From Klebsormidium nitens (taxonomy: Eukaryota > Plantae > Klebsormidiophyceae): a DNA stretch of 64,000 bases. Under the pieces are notes generated by a model, which had not been told where the DNA came from, did not search any database, and worked only from the letters and a program-made list of their open reading frames with translations. Position numbers and translations under genes: made by a program. Every line of letters starts with the position of its first letter. Position 1 is the stretch's first letter. Positions 36,775-49,100 of the stretch are shown piece after piece. Where the stretch lies: positions 67,071 through 131,070 of the forward strand of contig DF237013.1 of assembly GCA_000708835.1 (NCBI GenBank), given 5' to 3'.

Positions 36775-37647
36775 TTGCACGAACTTGGTACCTTGAGCAA
36801 CTCTGTGGCTGCAACAAGTTTGAGGGCTTCTTTGTTATGTAGTTTTACTGTGGTGTCCAACGGGGGACAAATAGTGCATGTGATTCAGGTCGGTCGATCT
36901 GCAACTTCCTTGTGCAATCCCTTTTTGGGGTTAACCACTTCCTTGGGCCTGAACCACCCTTTCCATTTCTTTGTGCCCGTAGGTATTGCTTCAAAGGCTG
37001 ATGATACAATTACACAGTGTCCTGTTAAGATCAACATAATCACTCCGTCCGCCAGGGTCAGCTCCGAGATCGAGTGGGATGCCATTGTAGCAAGTATGAA
37101 ATGGCAGTGTATTTCGAAATGGGTTATTGTCTACGACACAGCTAAGTTGTCAGACGTTGCCCCCCGCTTTTCAAGTAACACTCAAGTGCTTGAGGTTTTC
37201 TATCATTCAGAAGGGATATCGGGCAACCCACAAAGAAACAGGGGCCTGAAAGAAGTTGCCGAAGGCCTCATTTACTTCCTGGACGACGATACTATTATAC
37301 ATAGAAGGTTTTGGGACATACTCAAGGACTTCAAGGTGACTCATATCAACACCTTTGACCAAGTACAACCAGAGAACGTGAGGGGTTATCTAGGGCACGT
37401 ATTGCACGGCAATAGGATTGAGCCGGCTCACATTGACACTGGGATGTTTGTAATGGACCGGGCAATAATAGGGGAGAGTCTTTGGAATGTTGGGAGCTAT
37501 CAAGCTGATGGAGAATTTGTTTGCGAGATTGCCCAACGAACCGGTATTAATTACATTCCTAAAGTAGCATCGTATTACAACTATTTTGAATACAATTTCA
37601 CCTCGGAGATGGAAACTGGTGTAGTGGTCCAATCTCGTGGAAGGTGA
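36775..37647 (+). CDS. GT-A fold glycosyltransferase (GT2/GT43-like); true 5' end uncertain
   Basis: Motifs INIITPSAR, GNPQRNRGL, YFLDDD (DxD), TFDQ, IDTGM, YQADGEF, SYYN. The conserved part is one uninterrupted ~670-bp stretch. A possible acceptor (tttctttgtgcccgtag) at 36982 would make 36983-37647 a terminal exon. Confidence 0.7.
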   Translation: MHELGTLSNSVAATSLRASLLCSFTVVSNGGQIVHVIQVGRSATSLCNPFLGLTTSLGLNHPFHFFVPVGIASKADDTITQCPVKINIITPSARVSSEIEWDAIVASMKWQCISKWVIVYDTAKLSDVAPRFSSNTQVLEVFYHSEGISGNPQRNRGLKEVAEGLIYFLDDDTIIHRRFWDILKDFKVTHINTFDQVQPENVRGYLGHVLHGNRIEPAHIDTGMFVMDRAIIGESLWNVGSYQADGEFVCEIAQRTGINYIPKVASYYNYFEYNFTSEMETGVVVQSRGR

Positions 37648-38678
37648 GAGCAAAAAAAGTTATCTTGGTCGATTGTCTTGATCATTCAGATATACACCAG
37701 TTCTGCGAGTATCTTATTTTTCTATGGATGAGATTGTCAGGCCTTTTGGGCCACGAATGGAGACCCGTGATTGTTGCGCTCCTTCTATACCCTCTCGCGA
37801 CGCTGTCACGTCACTCAGTTCCGAGCTCGACTTCACCGCAACGGCAATCGCACCAAGCTACAAAGTACGTTAGTACGCATGGTGAATGCATCATGATGCA
37901 CCGTGGCACAGTGACTCCCCGGTGGCCTAAATGAATGAGGTCACTCACTGCCAGTGGTGGTTGACGGCGATTGTTCATTGAATGTAGATGTTTGTTAAGC
38001 ATTCTTACTTCACACACATGACCGACAATTAGATCGTGGTCAAGCGATTGGATCGTGGATCGGATCACGCAAACCTCTAGGCGCGATGAGTCGATCTCTT
38101 GGTCGAATGGTTTGACTATACGTTGGTGCTTTTACACCTATTTTACTGTTGCGCAATGATCGAGAATTGGTGCTGACATGTCTCGACCGGGCACCTGAGA
38201 CGACGCGCCCCATCCGCAGCTGCGGTGAGTGACACGACGAGGAAAGGCTACACCTTTTAGAAAGCGACGTTCTTTAGACATGGGTACTCACTATTCCCAG
38301 GCTTCCTGGAATCGGCTTCTATGATGGACACTACGATGAAGAAATCTGTCCAGATTAGTAGCGCCAGATCTATCGGATATCGCTGAGCATGACCGTTGTG
38401 ACGTCTGGCTCGTTCGAGAACAACAAGCGGTGCTTAGTTGATCGAGCCGCTTATGAAGCTGGGAGATTATTCTGCATGCACCGGCCTTGGACGCTCCACA
38501 GGTTTCTACTGCTGTGCTGCGTAGCTCCGCAATTGTCTTTCTTATATAGGAGGTCTCAGACAGCCAAATTTCATATATGAGTCGCGAAGAAAAAGTGCAG
38601 AGTCATACTTACATTTCAGCGGGCGTAGTACACTAACATCAGCAAGTCTCCTTACTTAGAACATTTGGACGTTCGCGG

Positions 38679-39435
38679 GTGGTGGGCAGTTGTGGACGGT
38701 CCGACGCCGTCCGTGTACCCTCCGGTGATCCATCAGCCGCGGCGGGATGTCATTGACAACATGGAGTATGCAACCAGGTAGGGACGACGCTCTTTCATCA
38801 CCCCGAGAAACCAACCACTTCGGTGCTTAAGCCTCTGCTCAATCAATATAGCAAAAATAAGGTTCAGCAAATGCTGGGTGGTCAGAATTCTGCAAATATG
38901 AGCTACGGGGACGTAAGATGCGGCAGGGTAGGTTGTCACAAATCCAAATCTGAAGGATTTGAAATCCAACCTGCTCCAGGTCGACCAGAGGGTGTTACTT
39001 TCAGTCAACGGAAGATCGTGCAGGCCCGATCACCTGAGACCTTTTGACATCTTACTCTTTCGTAGAGACCTCCTCGAGAGCTTCTACAGGCGCAGGGCGC
39101 CCCCGAACGCGTGCTCGTAAATAGGTGATCACGCCCCGCGTGCGCGCCCGCGTGCATCTACTGAAAGCAGCAGCGCCCTGTCCTAGGCTCGTCAGGATAC
39201 GTAGCGTACCTTTCTCAAGCGCTTCCATGCCGGACGCATGGGGGAAAAGGCTTTTCTCAGAAATTGATGAAGCACCAGAGTTGCATGAACCGTCGCTCGA
39301 CAGGCACACGTTATGCGGTTTTTCCTTGCTTCATCCCCGCCCGCCCGCACGCTTCTGACGCCCTATTGCAGAGACGGCGTGAGTGATGGCCAGTTCGCTG
39401 CAGTCTTGTACACGAAAGTGGGCGCGATAAGGCCT
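38679..39435 (+). pseudogene. Decayed genomic duplicate of three consecutive Argonaute PIWI exons
   Basis: 38679-38777, 39066-39124 and 39372-~39435 align to AGO exons 49555-49658, 49951-50013 and 50289-50352 (VVGS.DGPTPSVY, DLL.SFY, RDGVS.GQF). The copy has a broken acceptor (cgcgg), indels and introns of similar length (288 vs 292 nt; 247 vs 275 nt). Confidence 0.9.
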
Positions 39436-40109
39436 TTCAGTGCTTCCTCGGACTCTGACCGCTGCAGCACACTGTCGAGCCGGTGTTGCACCTACATTGA
39501 AGTCTCTGGTGAGGCGTGCTTCGAGTTCCGCTTCTGACGATCTTGCATGCGATCGTCACATCCGACTTTTTTTCGGGAGGTTGCACTGGGTTTGTCCGGG
39601 GTCCAGTCACTGCGGTTCAGTCACTCTTCGACGAGAATTGCTTCGATGGGCTTTGCTGGAGTGTCGTGATCGAGCCGGCCAATCCTTGAACCTTTTGTAA
39701 AGAGCTGCCTTCTAAATATAGCTTCAGAGCACTACAGGGATTGAAGGAAGTGTGAGATATACTGGGGTTCATGTGATTTCTTAGACAACCCACCTGCACT
39801 AAGTTACCGCTGTATTTCAAGTTCAGAGCTTCAGAGAGACCTCGTGCTACAGACACGCTGGGAGAAGCTAGCAGACTGTAGATCTGCGAGCTTAGGCTTT
39901 CCACAAAACGAACTCCGCGAACGGTGTCTACTTTGTGGAGCGCCGCTGAGACCCCACGCACTTGCTTGAATCCATCTCTTTCCGCAGTCTTCAGTCCAAT
40001 CCCTTATTATCGGGTTTGGCGTTCAGAACGGATTTAATTTGCAACGTTCTAACTTGTACTGGCGTCTGAAAGCGCTTGAGGTCCTTGCTTAGGCTTCTGC
40101 CACGTCAAG

Positions 40110-43100
40110 ATGGCGTCAGCGGAGGCGTCCGCAGGAGAGCCCCCGGAGAAGAAGCACCGCGCGGACGTCCAAGCCCCGGGGGAGCGTCCGGAAGCCCCAT
40201 CTCTGGAGCTCGCGCGGAGGAAGGGGTTCGGCGGGAAGGGCAGTGGCATCAGGCTGCTAGCTAACTTGTACAAAGTCCACCTGTCAAACATATCACTGGT
40301 AGAATATGAGGTAAAACTTTTGAGAATGCACGGAAATCTTGGCGCTTCTTTTGGCCGGGGACTGTATGTCATTTGCACGTTCGTCTGTTGTAAGAATGTT
40401 TTTGCTTGTTGTGTCTTGTCAGCGAGCACTGTGAGGTTGACATGGGCAGTGAAAATCTGTCTTAAAAGAGAAAGAGATTGAGATTGAGGGGTCGAGAATT
40501 GCCACGGTTAAGCCAAGTATCCCCTATCCGCTGGGCCGTTCGTTGGCTTACGAGCTAGTGGAACATAACCACAGGTCGTAGGATGCACATTTGTGAGAAA
40601 TCCAAACGGTGCGCGTCGGTATTGATGCAGACTTGCCTCTCCCCCTCACGAGAACTTTCAGCTTTCTTTTTCATCCGCTGCTTTTCCTGGGAATCAGACT
40701 GTTGATTGTTCTGGGCAAAATAAGGTATTGTTCCTCAAATTTCTTGTGCAGGAGAGAAATCTTCAACCATATTGTGTTCAGTCCTCTCGAGTTGTTGCCC
40801 ATCAGACTAGTACTAGCTACACACGACGTAAAATGCTCTTTCCCTACGCAGGTGACGATTGTCCCTAAGGACGAGACTGCCAAAGCGGAGCGCGACCTCC
40901 CCAGAGCCCTGAACCGCGCGATCTTCGACAAGTGGCGCGAGCTATACGCGCAAGACTTGCCGGGCCTACAGATGTGCACATACGACGGCGGAAAGGCGGC
41001 ATACGCCGTTGGCGGCCAGGGCGCAGACGTGAGCGCGCGGGACGCGCGCACGTGGCTGGTCGACCTGCCTAGGGAGAGCGGAAAGGCGCGCGCGTTCGAC
41101 GTGACGCTCGCGCAGAAAACGGAGCTCAAGATCGAGGAACTGATGGCAGCGCTTCAAAACAGAACGGGGCGCGCGGCTGACTTCCCGCAGCATACTATCC
41201 AGGTAAAAGGGAAGAAAGTTCGCCCACAACTCTCGAACGCTTCGTATGTCAGATTGAGGTCTCGAAGGCTCTCGTGAAGGATTAATTTGTCATAGTCAAT
41301 CTTCACGCGGCTCACTCAATCTGCTTGCGGGAAGTCTTGCCTGTGCCCTCTGGAGCTTCTCGAAGGTTGTAACAAGAAAATCCAGCCAACCCAGTGCTTC
41401 GTACTGTCTGTTGATTGCAAAAAAGCAAGTGATTTATCATCAGAGGATGGCGCTTGACACTTCGATTTGAGAAAAGTAACGTTCACCCATATCGGCACCG
41501 CCTCGTTTTGTAGTCGCGATCACCGTCGCCAACGCCGGATTTCCCACAAAGTGAAGACTTAGGCTACATTATCCGAAGACCAGAGAGAACTTCGACATGC
41601 GGCGCAAACTCTTATCACGGCAACATTCACACGCCCTCCAAGTTAGGTTTGCACTGAACCGACATCTGACTGACTCAACCCCTTCTAACCATGTTACCAG
41701 CTGTTTCCTCGCAGGGCCTGGACGTGGTCATGCAGGAAAGCCTCGCTCACTCGTAAGCGCGCGCTTCCCGCCTTACCACCCGCCCGCGTCCATATAGTCC
41801 GATCCAGGTTGATTAAAATCGACAGACGCATTCTAGCATGCCTCTGCATCGATGGAATCCAAGCTTTTGCTTTTTGAACCACGAAGTGCTTTCATTAGTG
41901 CTTCGCTCGAAAACTTGCAGACACTGGTGAACCATCCTTTGTGTGATTTCCTTCGCGAAGAAATCTATCTGGTCATGAAACCGTTTGCCCATCTGTCAAC
42001 CGTGTGGTTACACTTCGAAGAATACCAGAGCAAACATAGCTTTCCGTGTTCGTACAATCGTCGAAAGACGAGCGGAATGATGGGCTGACTTTCAAAGCGA
42101 GCCGCGACTGATTCTGATCAGGTATTCAGAACACAATCAAATCGTTCAGGACTGCAAATTTGCGACTTTCCTTGGTCGCTCTCAATCAACTTTAAGAATT
42201 CTCATAACTGAATTCTCATCTCTGCGGCATGCAGTTCGTTTTCCAAAAAACCGGCCAAAGCCCCACTCCTCGGCCCCTGATAGCAAGTGATCTTCCGCAG
42301 AATCCGTCAGATTCCTTCGGCCTTCCCGCGTCTAAACGGTTCCTCTGTCTGTCCACCGCAGGCGATCGGTGATCGGCCGCTCGTTCTTCAACCTGGCTTG
42401 CCCACCCCAGGCGCGGCGCTCTTTGGGCGAGGGCCTGGTGATGTACCCCGGGCACTACCAGAGCCTCCGGGCAATCCAAGCGGACGGCGGACGGCTGGCG
42501 CTGAACCTAGGTGGGTTAGCTTTATCCGCTGCACTGCTACATTCTGTAAGACGCCTTTTCAACGAAGCTGGAGATATTAACCGGGGCCTTATTGGGAGCC
42601 GCGGGGCAGTCCAAGCCAAAAGGGGACGGCTGGCGCTGGACGTAAGTGGGTTCGGCAAACTACTGCACTGCTGAATCTGACGAGCCGCCTTTTAAACACA
42701 AAGGAAGCTAGCGACATGGTCAGCTAACCGGGGCAAATCCCAAGACTCGGGCAGTCCAAGCTGAAAGCGATCATTTGGCGGGAACCTAGGTCGAGACTCG
42801 ATCGCCTTCTCCTGCCAAGAAGATAACGTTCAATCGTACCGGGCGGTTCATATGTGTACCGGGGCGGCCTTAAAACCTCCGAGCAATAGTCACTCAATTA
42901 AGGTTGAGCGTAGATGGGCTCCTCTGCACTTTGGTTTTGGTTCGAATTGCGGAAGGGTGTGCTCGAGGGCAAAGTAGATACTCTACAGGATCTGGACAAA
43001 CCAAGCCACGGGACTTGAAGGTTTCGACGATTCCCTGATTCAGAAGTGTCTTATTTTGAATTGCCCGTTTCTGCGCTGGTGAACCAGCAGCAGCCACGTG

Positions 43101-46100
43101 AACTATGAAATTGGGCTTCGTGGAACGTTTGACTAATCCAAGATCCATACCCATCTCTCAAAACGGCAAAGTTGGCTAGACTATCCACCGACTATACTCT
43201 TGCTTCAGTACTCAGCGTTACATTCCCCCTTCCACCAGATGTTGCCCATGCCGCTTTCCTGGAGGAAGGGCCCCTCATCGAGTACGTCTCCAAGGTGGTG
43301 GGTAGAAAGCTGAATCCTGGGGATCAGGAGAGGCTCACCCCGACAGAGTTTGACAGGGTAGGTCTAATCCGGCTGCTCTCCTTCTCGCACCCTTGTTGCA
43401 GATTATTTAGGCTCATTCAAATTTGACCGCCTGACCGAACTCTGCTTTGAGCCCGCCACAGACTTGCCCAGATCTCTGAAACCTTCTTGGGCAGAAAGAA
43501 AACTTCTTGCTTCTTTCAAAAGCCTCGGGGGAGGAGTCGAGAAAGGAAGTGACGCCGTGGTATGAAAAAGTCCAGGGGGCTTGGTTTCGAAGTGCAGTCA
43601 TTCTTGTCTGCGTGGCAACGAAGGGTCGCGGTCGTATCTGTGAGGCAGAAGTAGGGACGTGAAAGAGCATGCAGGGGCGTCGCTTTCATCTGAGTAGCAA
43701 GAGAATGTATCCTCGAAGTGAAAAGAAGGTTCCGCGCAAATGGAGATTTTTCCTCAGTGTTGTTTGAGCATCTCGAAGCTCTTCGAGAACGGCAAAACGA
43801 TCGTAAAACTCGCTCGCCGTGTGTGCCCAAGCGTCAGAAATCCGAACATGAATGTGTTTTGGATTGCTTCGAACAACTCAGAGATCTTTCTATCTGCAGG
43901 CGAACAAGGCATTGAAGCGAGTGAAAGTCACGACAGACCACATGAGGGCAAAGAGGGGGTACTTGGTGCTGCGCTTGGGGGAGGAGTCAGCGGAGGATTT
44001 CAGGAGAGTTAGGAATACCTCGTTCGAAAAACATCAGTGGATTAGTCGCTTGGACTTTTGGCAGAAGTGCTTTGCTTTCTTGCGTCCTCTGGAACAATAG
44101 GATCAAGCGGCTAGGCTTGGATTGCTCTTATTAGTTTGGTAAAAAGTAGCCAAAGCTGGTCGATCAAGATGAAGAATGATCCAGCAAAATCAGTCGCTTA
44201 TGAGCTATCATTTTTGCATATAAGCTCCTGGAGTTGAAGAAGTGGGTCGAAAAGACAGCCGAGATAATTCTATAAAGCTATCCGAATCTGCGAACATTGA
44301 GACATCTAGCCCCCTCTCTGATCACTACACCAGTTTTTCGGAGGGCTTCCTTACAGTTCGACAAATTCTGTTTTACCGTTCTAGTCATACTTATGTTTTA
44401 GATCCCATTGTCCGTCAAGATAGGACAATGATGGAGACAGAAAGAGAGCAAACCGAGAAAACATTGATGTAATGCCCGATGCGCACTTGTACTCAACCTT
44501 ATTTCACACGTTGCAGCTTTGCGATCAAGCCACGTGGCGAGCCGTCGGAGACCGACGCGGCCCCAGTCACCAAGAGCGTGGCGCAGTATTTTCAGGAGAC
44601 GTACAATGTGACGCTGCAATATCCGCGGTTACAGTGCGCGGTGGTTAGGAATAACGGCAGGCTGCCCTTGGAGGTGAGGGTCAGTTAACCAGGGTAGGTT
44701 ACGAGTTTTGTTACTAGAAATGCGGGCACTGCCCACCGTGCGTTAGATTTGAGTTCTGGGTTTTTGATTGCTAATATGAGGTGTCATTAGTTCTGGGTTT
44801 CGTTGGGTTCATGATTTTGGCGTTCTAACGTTTTGTGTTTCAGGAACGACGCTCTGATCGCTTATATGATCGTTAAAAGGCTCCACGACCACAGGCTTAA
44901 CCAGCCCGCTTCAGACTTGTCATCAATCCGAGTAAAAGCCCGGATGAAGAAAAAGCTGAATTAGAGGGATTCGCAGCGCAAGAGAGAGCCCAAAAGACAC
45001 CGCGTTGAGCTGCTCGGGCAATGTCTTAGCTCGGCTCAGAAGCTACATCGAATGGCATCACGTGCGCCACGTGGGCTTCGATCAAAAGGTGACGTGATTC
45101 TAAACGCAGGTGTGCCACGTGGTGCCCGGGCAGCTGTGCACGCGACTGAATGAGAGGCAAACCGGGGGGATGATCAGGCAGGCGAACAGGAAGCCGTCGG
45201 AAAGGGTCAACGACACTGACAAGGTGGGTTAGTGAAACGGAAAGAAAACCTCGCGCGTTAGAGATGCGAAAGTCTTGAGATGTCACGGTGTGTTTTGGCT
45301 GCTCGTGTTCTTGAGGCAGATCAACCGAGTCCTCTCAGCTTATTTGAAGGTGTTCAGAAGAAGCAAACGGTGAACTGGAAGCTATCGTAGACAGCCTTTC
45401 TGCTTGTTGTCAGTAGTAGACTGTGTCGAAGAAAATCAGGATTACTTCGATTTCTATTGCAGTCCTTCGCTTGTATCATCCTAGAGATCTAGAAACAAAC
45501 GTTGGAAATAATCCTCCGAAAGGCCTCGGACGTCATTCCAAAACGCAGCTCAGCGTTCCCCTTTTGCACGGCCACAAGCGACGGTTGATCGTTGTCTCCA
45601 TGAAACACTTTGGCAGAGTCTTCAACGGGTATCTTGACACAACTCTTCAACGAGACATGAAAGACCAGGAAAGCTAACGGAGTAAAGACGCCCGCCTCGT
45701 CATGCAACAGATCGTCCGCAGCAACGCGTACAACGAGGATCCGTACGTCCGCGGCTTTGGCATGAAAGTCGACGGACGCATGATGGAAGTGCAAGCCCGC
45801 CTGTTGGATCCGCCCACCGTAAGTATTTACTGCAGATTTGGCGACGACTAAGCTGACGCTTCTGCGGAAAGGTCGCCGGACCTTGGGTCTCCGGATGACG
45901 GGTCAGCGTTCCCGTTCCGTCAGACCTCACCCTTTTAGCGCACGTGCTTAGCAACTCTTTCTTCAGATGCTGCTCGAAGAGATTGACACCATACACAGAG
46001 GAAAGAAGAGCCACACTCTTGTAAATGAATCATAAGGGTCTTTTGAAGGAGAGTTTAATCGATTCTGATGAAACGAACGTTCGTTTTGCAGCTCAAGTAT

Positions 46101-49100
46101 GAAAACCTGACCGTGACGTCGAAGGACGGCGCTTGGAACTTGCGAAATACGGTGAGCGACTCCTGGAGCGGTTTTTTTCCGTCCAAGATTTTGATTGTGA
46201 AAGTTCATTTCAGTGCAAATGTTTCACGCCTGGACCGACCGAAGAAGCTCTGTGATTGTCATTTGATCGCTTTGGTAATTCCATGGAGTACGGCAAGAAC
46301 TTTGTACACAGGATTTTTGAAAAGTCGCCTGCGTTTATCGACTGATTGAAGAGAAACCCACAAGGAAGAGAATTAGTAGAAAGTAGGATTAATAAGAAAA
46401 ATGCGCAAATCCTAGTCTCGTCGCTCTCTCCAGCTCCCGAGCTTTCACAGGCGAGAGAGTTTGATTCTTGGATTCTCGATGAATTCTGACGGCTTCTGGT
46501 GCAGGCTTTACCCAGCTTACGTTGACCCAGTCAAAACAGGGGGTGCTCATCACAATATTGAGTACAAGATACGGTGGGAAAACCCTGACTAAATGTTCGA
46601 ACCTGTCTGCCGCAACCTGTGCAGCGCTTCTTAAAGGGCGCTTCTGTCACCTCGTGGGCGCTGATCAACCTGTCCAAAGAAGTGTCGCAACAGGAGGCGC
46701 GGAGGTTCGTGGGCGATTTGATCGGGGGCTGCAAGGCTGTCGGCGTGGTGGGTTGAGATTCGGCTTACTTGTCCCGTTATCTTGGCTGTCGGAATTCAAA
46801 CAACCGGTTCTGAAAACTTGAGCCAAACAAGGACTGATGATGCACCAAGCATTCTTTAGAAGATATATTAAGGAGTGCAGAGTTTCAATGAAGCCTCGAG
46901 CGAAAAGCAAGAATTGGTGATGCACCAACGATATTTTGAAAACTTTTATCTTGATAACACAAGGAGTGCAAAAGTTTGAATGCATCCGCGTCTGTTTACA
47001 CCCCTCACGTCCTGGGCTATCGCGCCCTTGTTTGCATCTCCCGCTCGATTTGCCCCGGACAGTAAAAGTGAAGGGCCTAATCTCTCGATGCAAACAAATT
47101 TCTCATTCTGCAGCGCCCTCTCCAACCATATCTCTCCTGCGGTCTCTTTTCACTTTTAGATGCTAGACGACCCCGTCTCCGTGGACCGCGGAAACCCGAA
47201 TGACGTCAGCGGGACGCTGGGACCGTGGCTCGCGCGGATGGGGCGCGCGCCTCTGCAAATGGTGGTCGTCATTCTGGACCCGGGAGTCAAACCCGTGTAC
47301 GGTGAGCTTCCAATCTGAAGCATCCAAAAAGCTGATGCATGGACTCAAATATCCGAAATGAGACGGATCGGTCCCTACTCTACCTTTGTGATTTGAGTAA
47401 TCAACGGGCTGTACGCGTTCTCGTTAAGTGAGTTTTGCCGTCCAGTATCTCCCAGCTGACACGGGGAGCGGTCCAAGTAGCTTGAAGTTTCTGGGCCCTT
47501 CGAGTAAGTGCCGAGAGAAATCTGCCTACTGCACGCTTTGGGAGTGCACCTGTAGCTATTCATAAAACAATTTTTTAGGTCTCTACAATCCTGTTGAGTT
47601 CTCCTGAGATCCCTGCCAAACCCCTGCTAAGCTCCTCCCAGAACCAGCTAACCTCCGCTAAAACCCTGCTAAACCCCGCGCAGGCGAGCTGAAGACGTAC
47701 TGCGAGGTCGCGCGCGGCCTCATCTCGCAGTGCTGCTGCTCGCAGAAGGTGCGCGAGCGGGACCAGAGGAAGAAGCTCCAGTACATCGCCAACCTGGCGC
47801 TCAAAATCAACGTCAAGGTGCGCGCGCACGCATGTGCGACTCCCGTGAAGACCACACGTCACGGGAAGCAATGTATCCGGCTGACGAGCATTCTGTTAGA
47901 TGGCACAAACAAAAGTTGCTGCGCTTTTTTATCCGTTATACTTCATGCGCGGACTGCTTGATTGGGTTTTGAGTTGCTTTGTACGATTCGTGAATTCTGG
48001 TGCTGAGAAACTTTGTTGAAAACAAATCGCCCATCGCGCGATCCGGCACAACAGAGGACCCGTCGCACTTTTGTTGAGCAAGGTCTTTGTTGCGGTCAAA
48101 GTCTCATCGCTAGCAATTTCAAACGGCCCAATGTGTATCGCATTATCTAAATTCCGTTCCGCTCCGGCAGACCGGCGGCCAGAACGCGGCCTTCCTTCGC
48201 CCGCATCCGCGGCTCAAGGAGAAGCGGACTCGTGAGTACTTTCTTCTGATCTTCCTTGGTTACATCTTCCGCTACTAAAGCTGATGCGTGTGGTGGTCGT
48301 GTGAACCCGGACGGCTCGGCATCAAATTCACTTCCTTGACTGACCATTGTGCTCCGAGACCCTCGCTCGAATTGCACCGGCGTTGAGTTAGATTGCGAAT
48401 CCTGTGATACTGTCATCCTCGAAACACGCGTCTTTACATGCGTCCGTTTGAATTTTGACCTGCCGACTGTCTGCTTCACTCTTTTTATCTTGTATCCTGT
48501 CCACTATCCTGTCCTCTATCTAGAACCACTAAGAATGAATTCCTGTAAAACGAGTGGATTTCCTCTGCCCTTCGTGATTTACATCCCGGAACCTTTTTCC
48601 TCTACTCATCTTGGTTTGACTGCTGTTCACGGAAAAGCTTCCGCTTTATTGCGCAGTGATCGCCGGAGCTGACGTGTCCCATCCGGGAGCCAGGGACGAC
48701 GTGCCTTCCGTAGCTGCGGTAAGCATGATATAGCAATTTAGTAAGCTAACCAGCCTGGAACGGGTAGGGTAGTTTGGGGGTTAGGATGGTTCAGGTGCGG
48801 GGCGGGCAATTTTGTGGGTTAAGTTTTGAGTGTTAGTGTTGGAGCTTAATGTTGCTAGCTCCTACTATTATTAAATTGAAGAGACATGCGGTAAGCACGA
48901 TTAAGAGACGGTGCAATTTGAGAGGGGCAATTCTTTGCGTTACAGTAAGCCTAGTTGGTCGATCGTACCTCCTTCACTCTGCGTTACAATCCTGTCGCTC
49001 TTCAGGGAATACCACGTTCGACGTTTCTAATGCCACCTGCACCGTCGAGTCTAAGAAACTTGGTTTCGCCAAGAAAGAAGCCATCAATGGTCGCTGGTTA

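Noticed and set aside
39617-39961. 114-aa minus-strand ORF between the PIWI relic and the AGO start
   Set aside because: Non-ATG start and no recognisable family; insufficient evidence.
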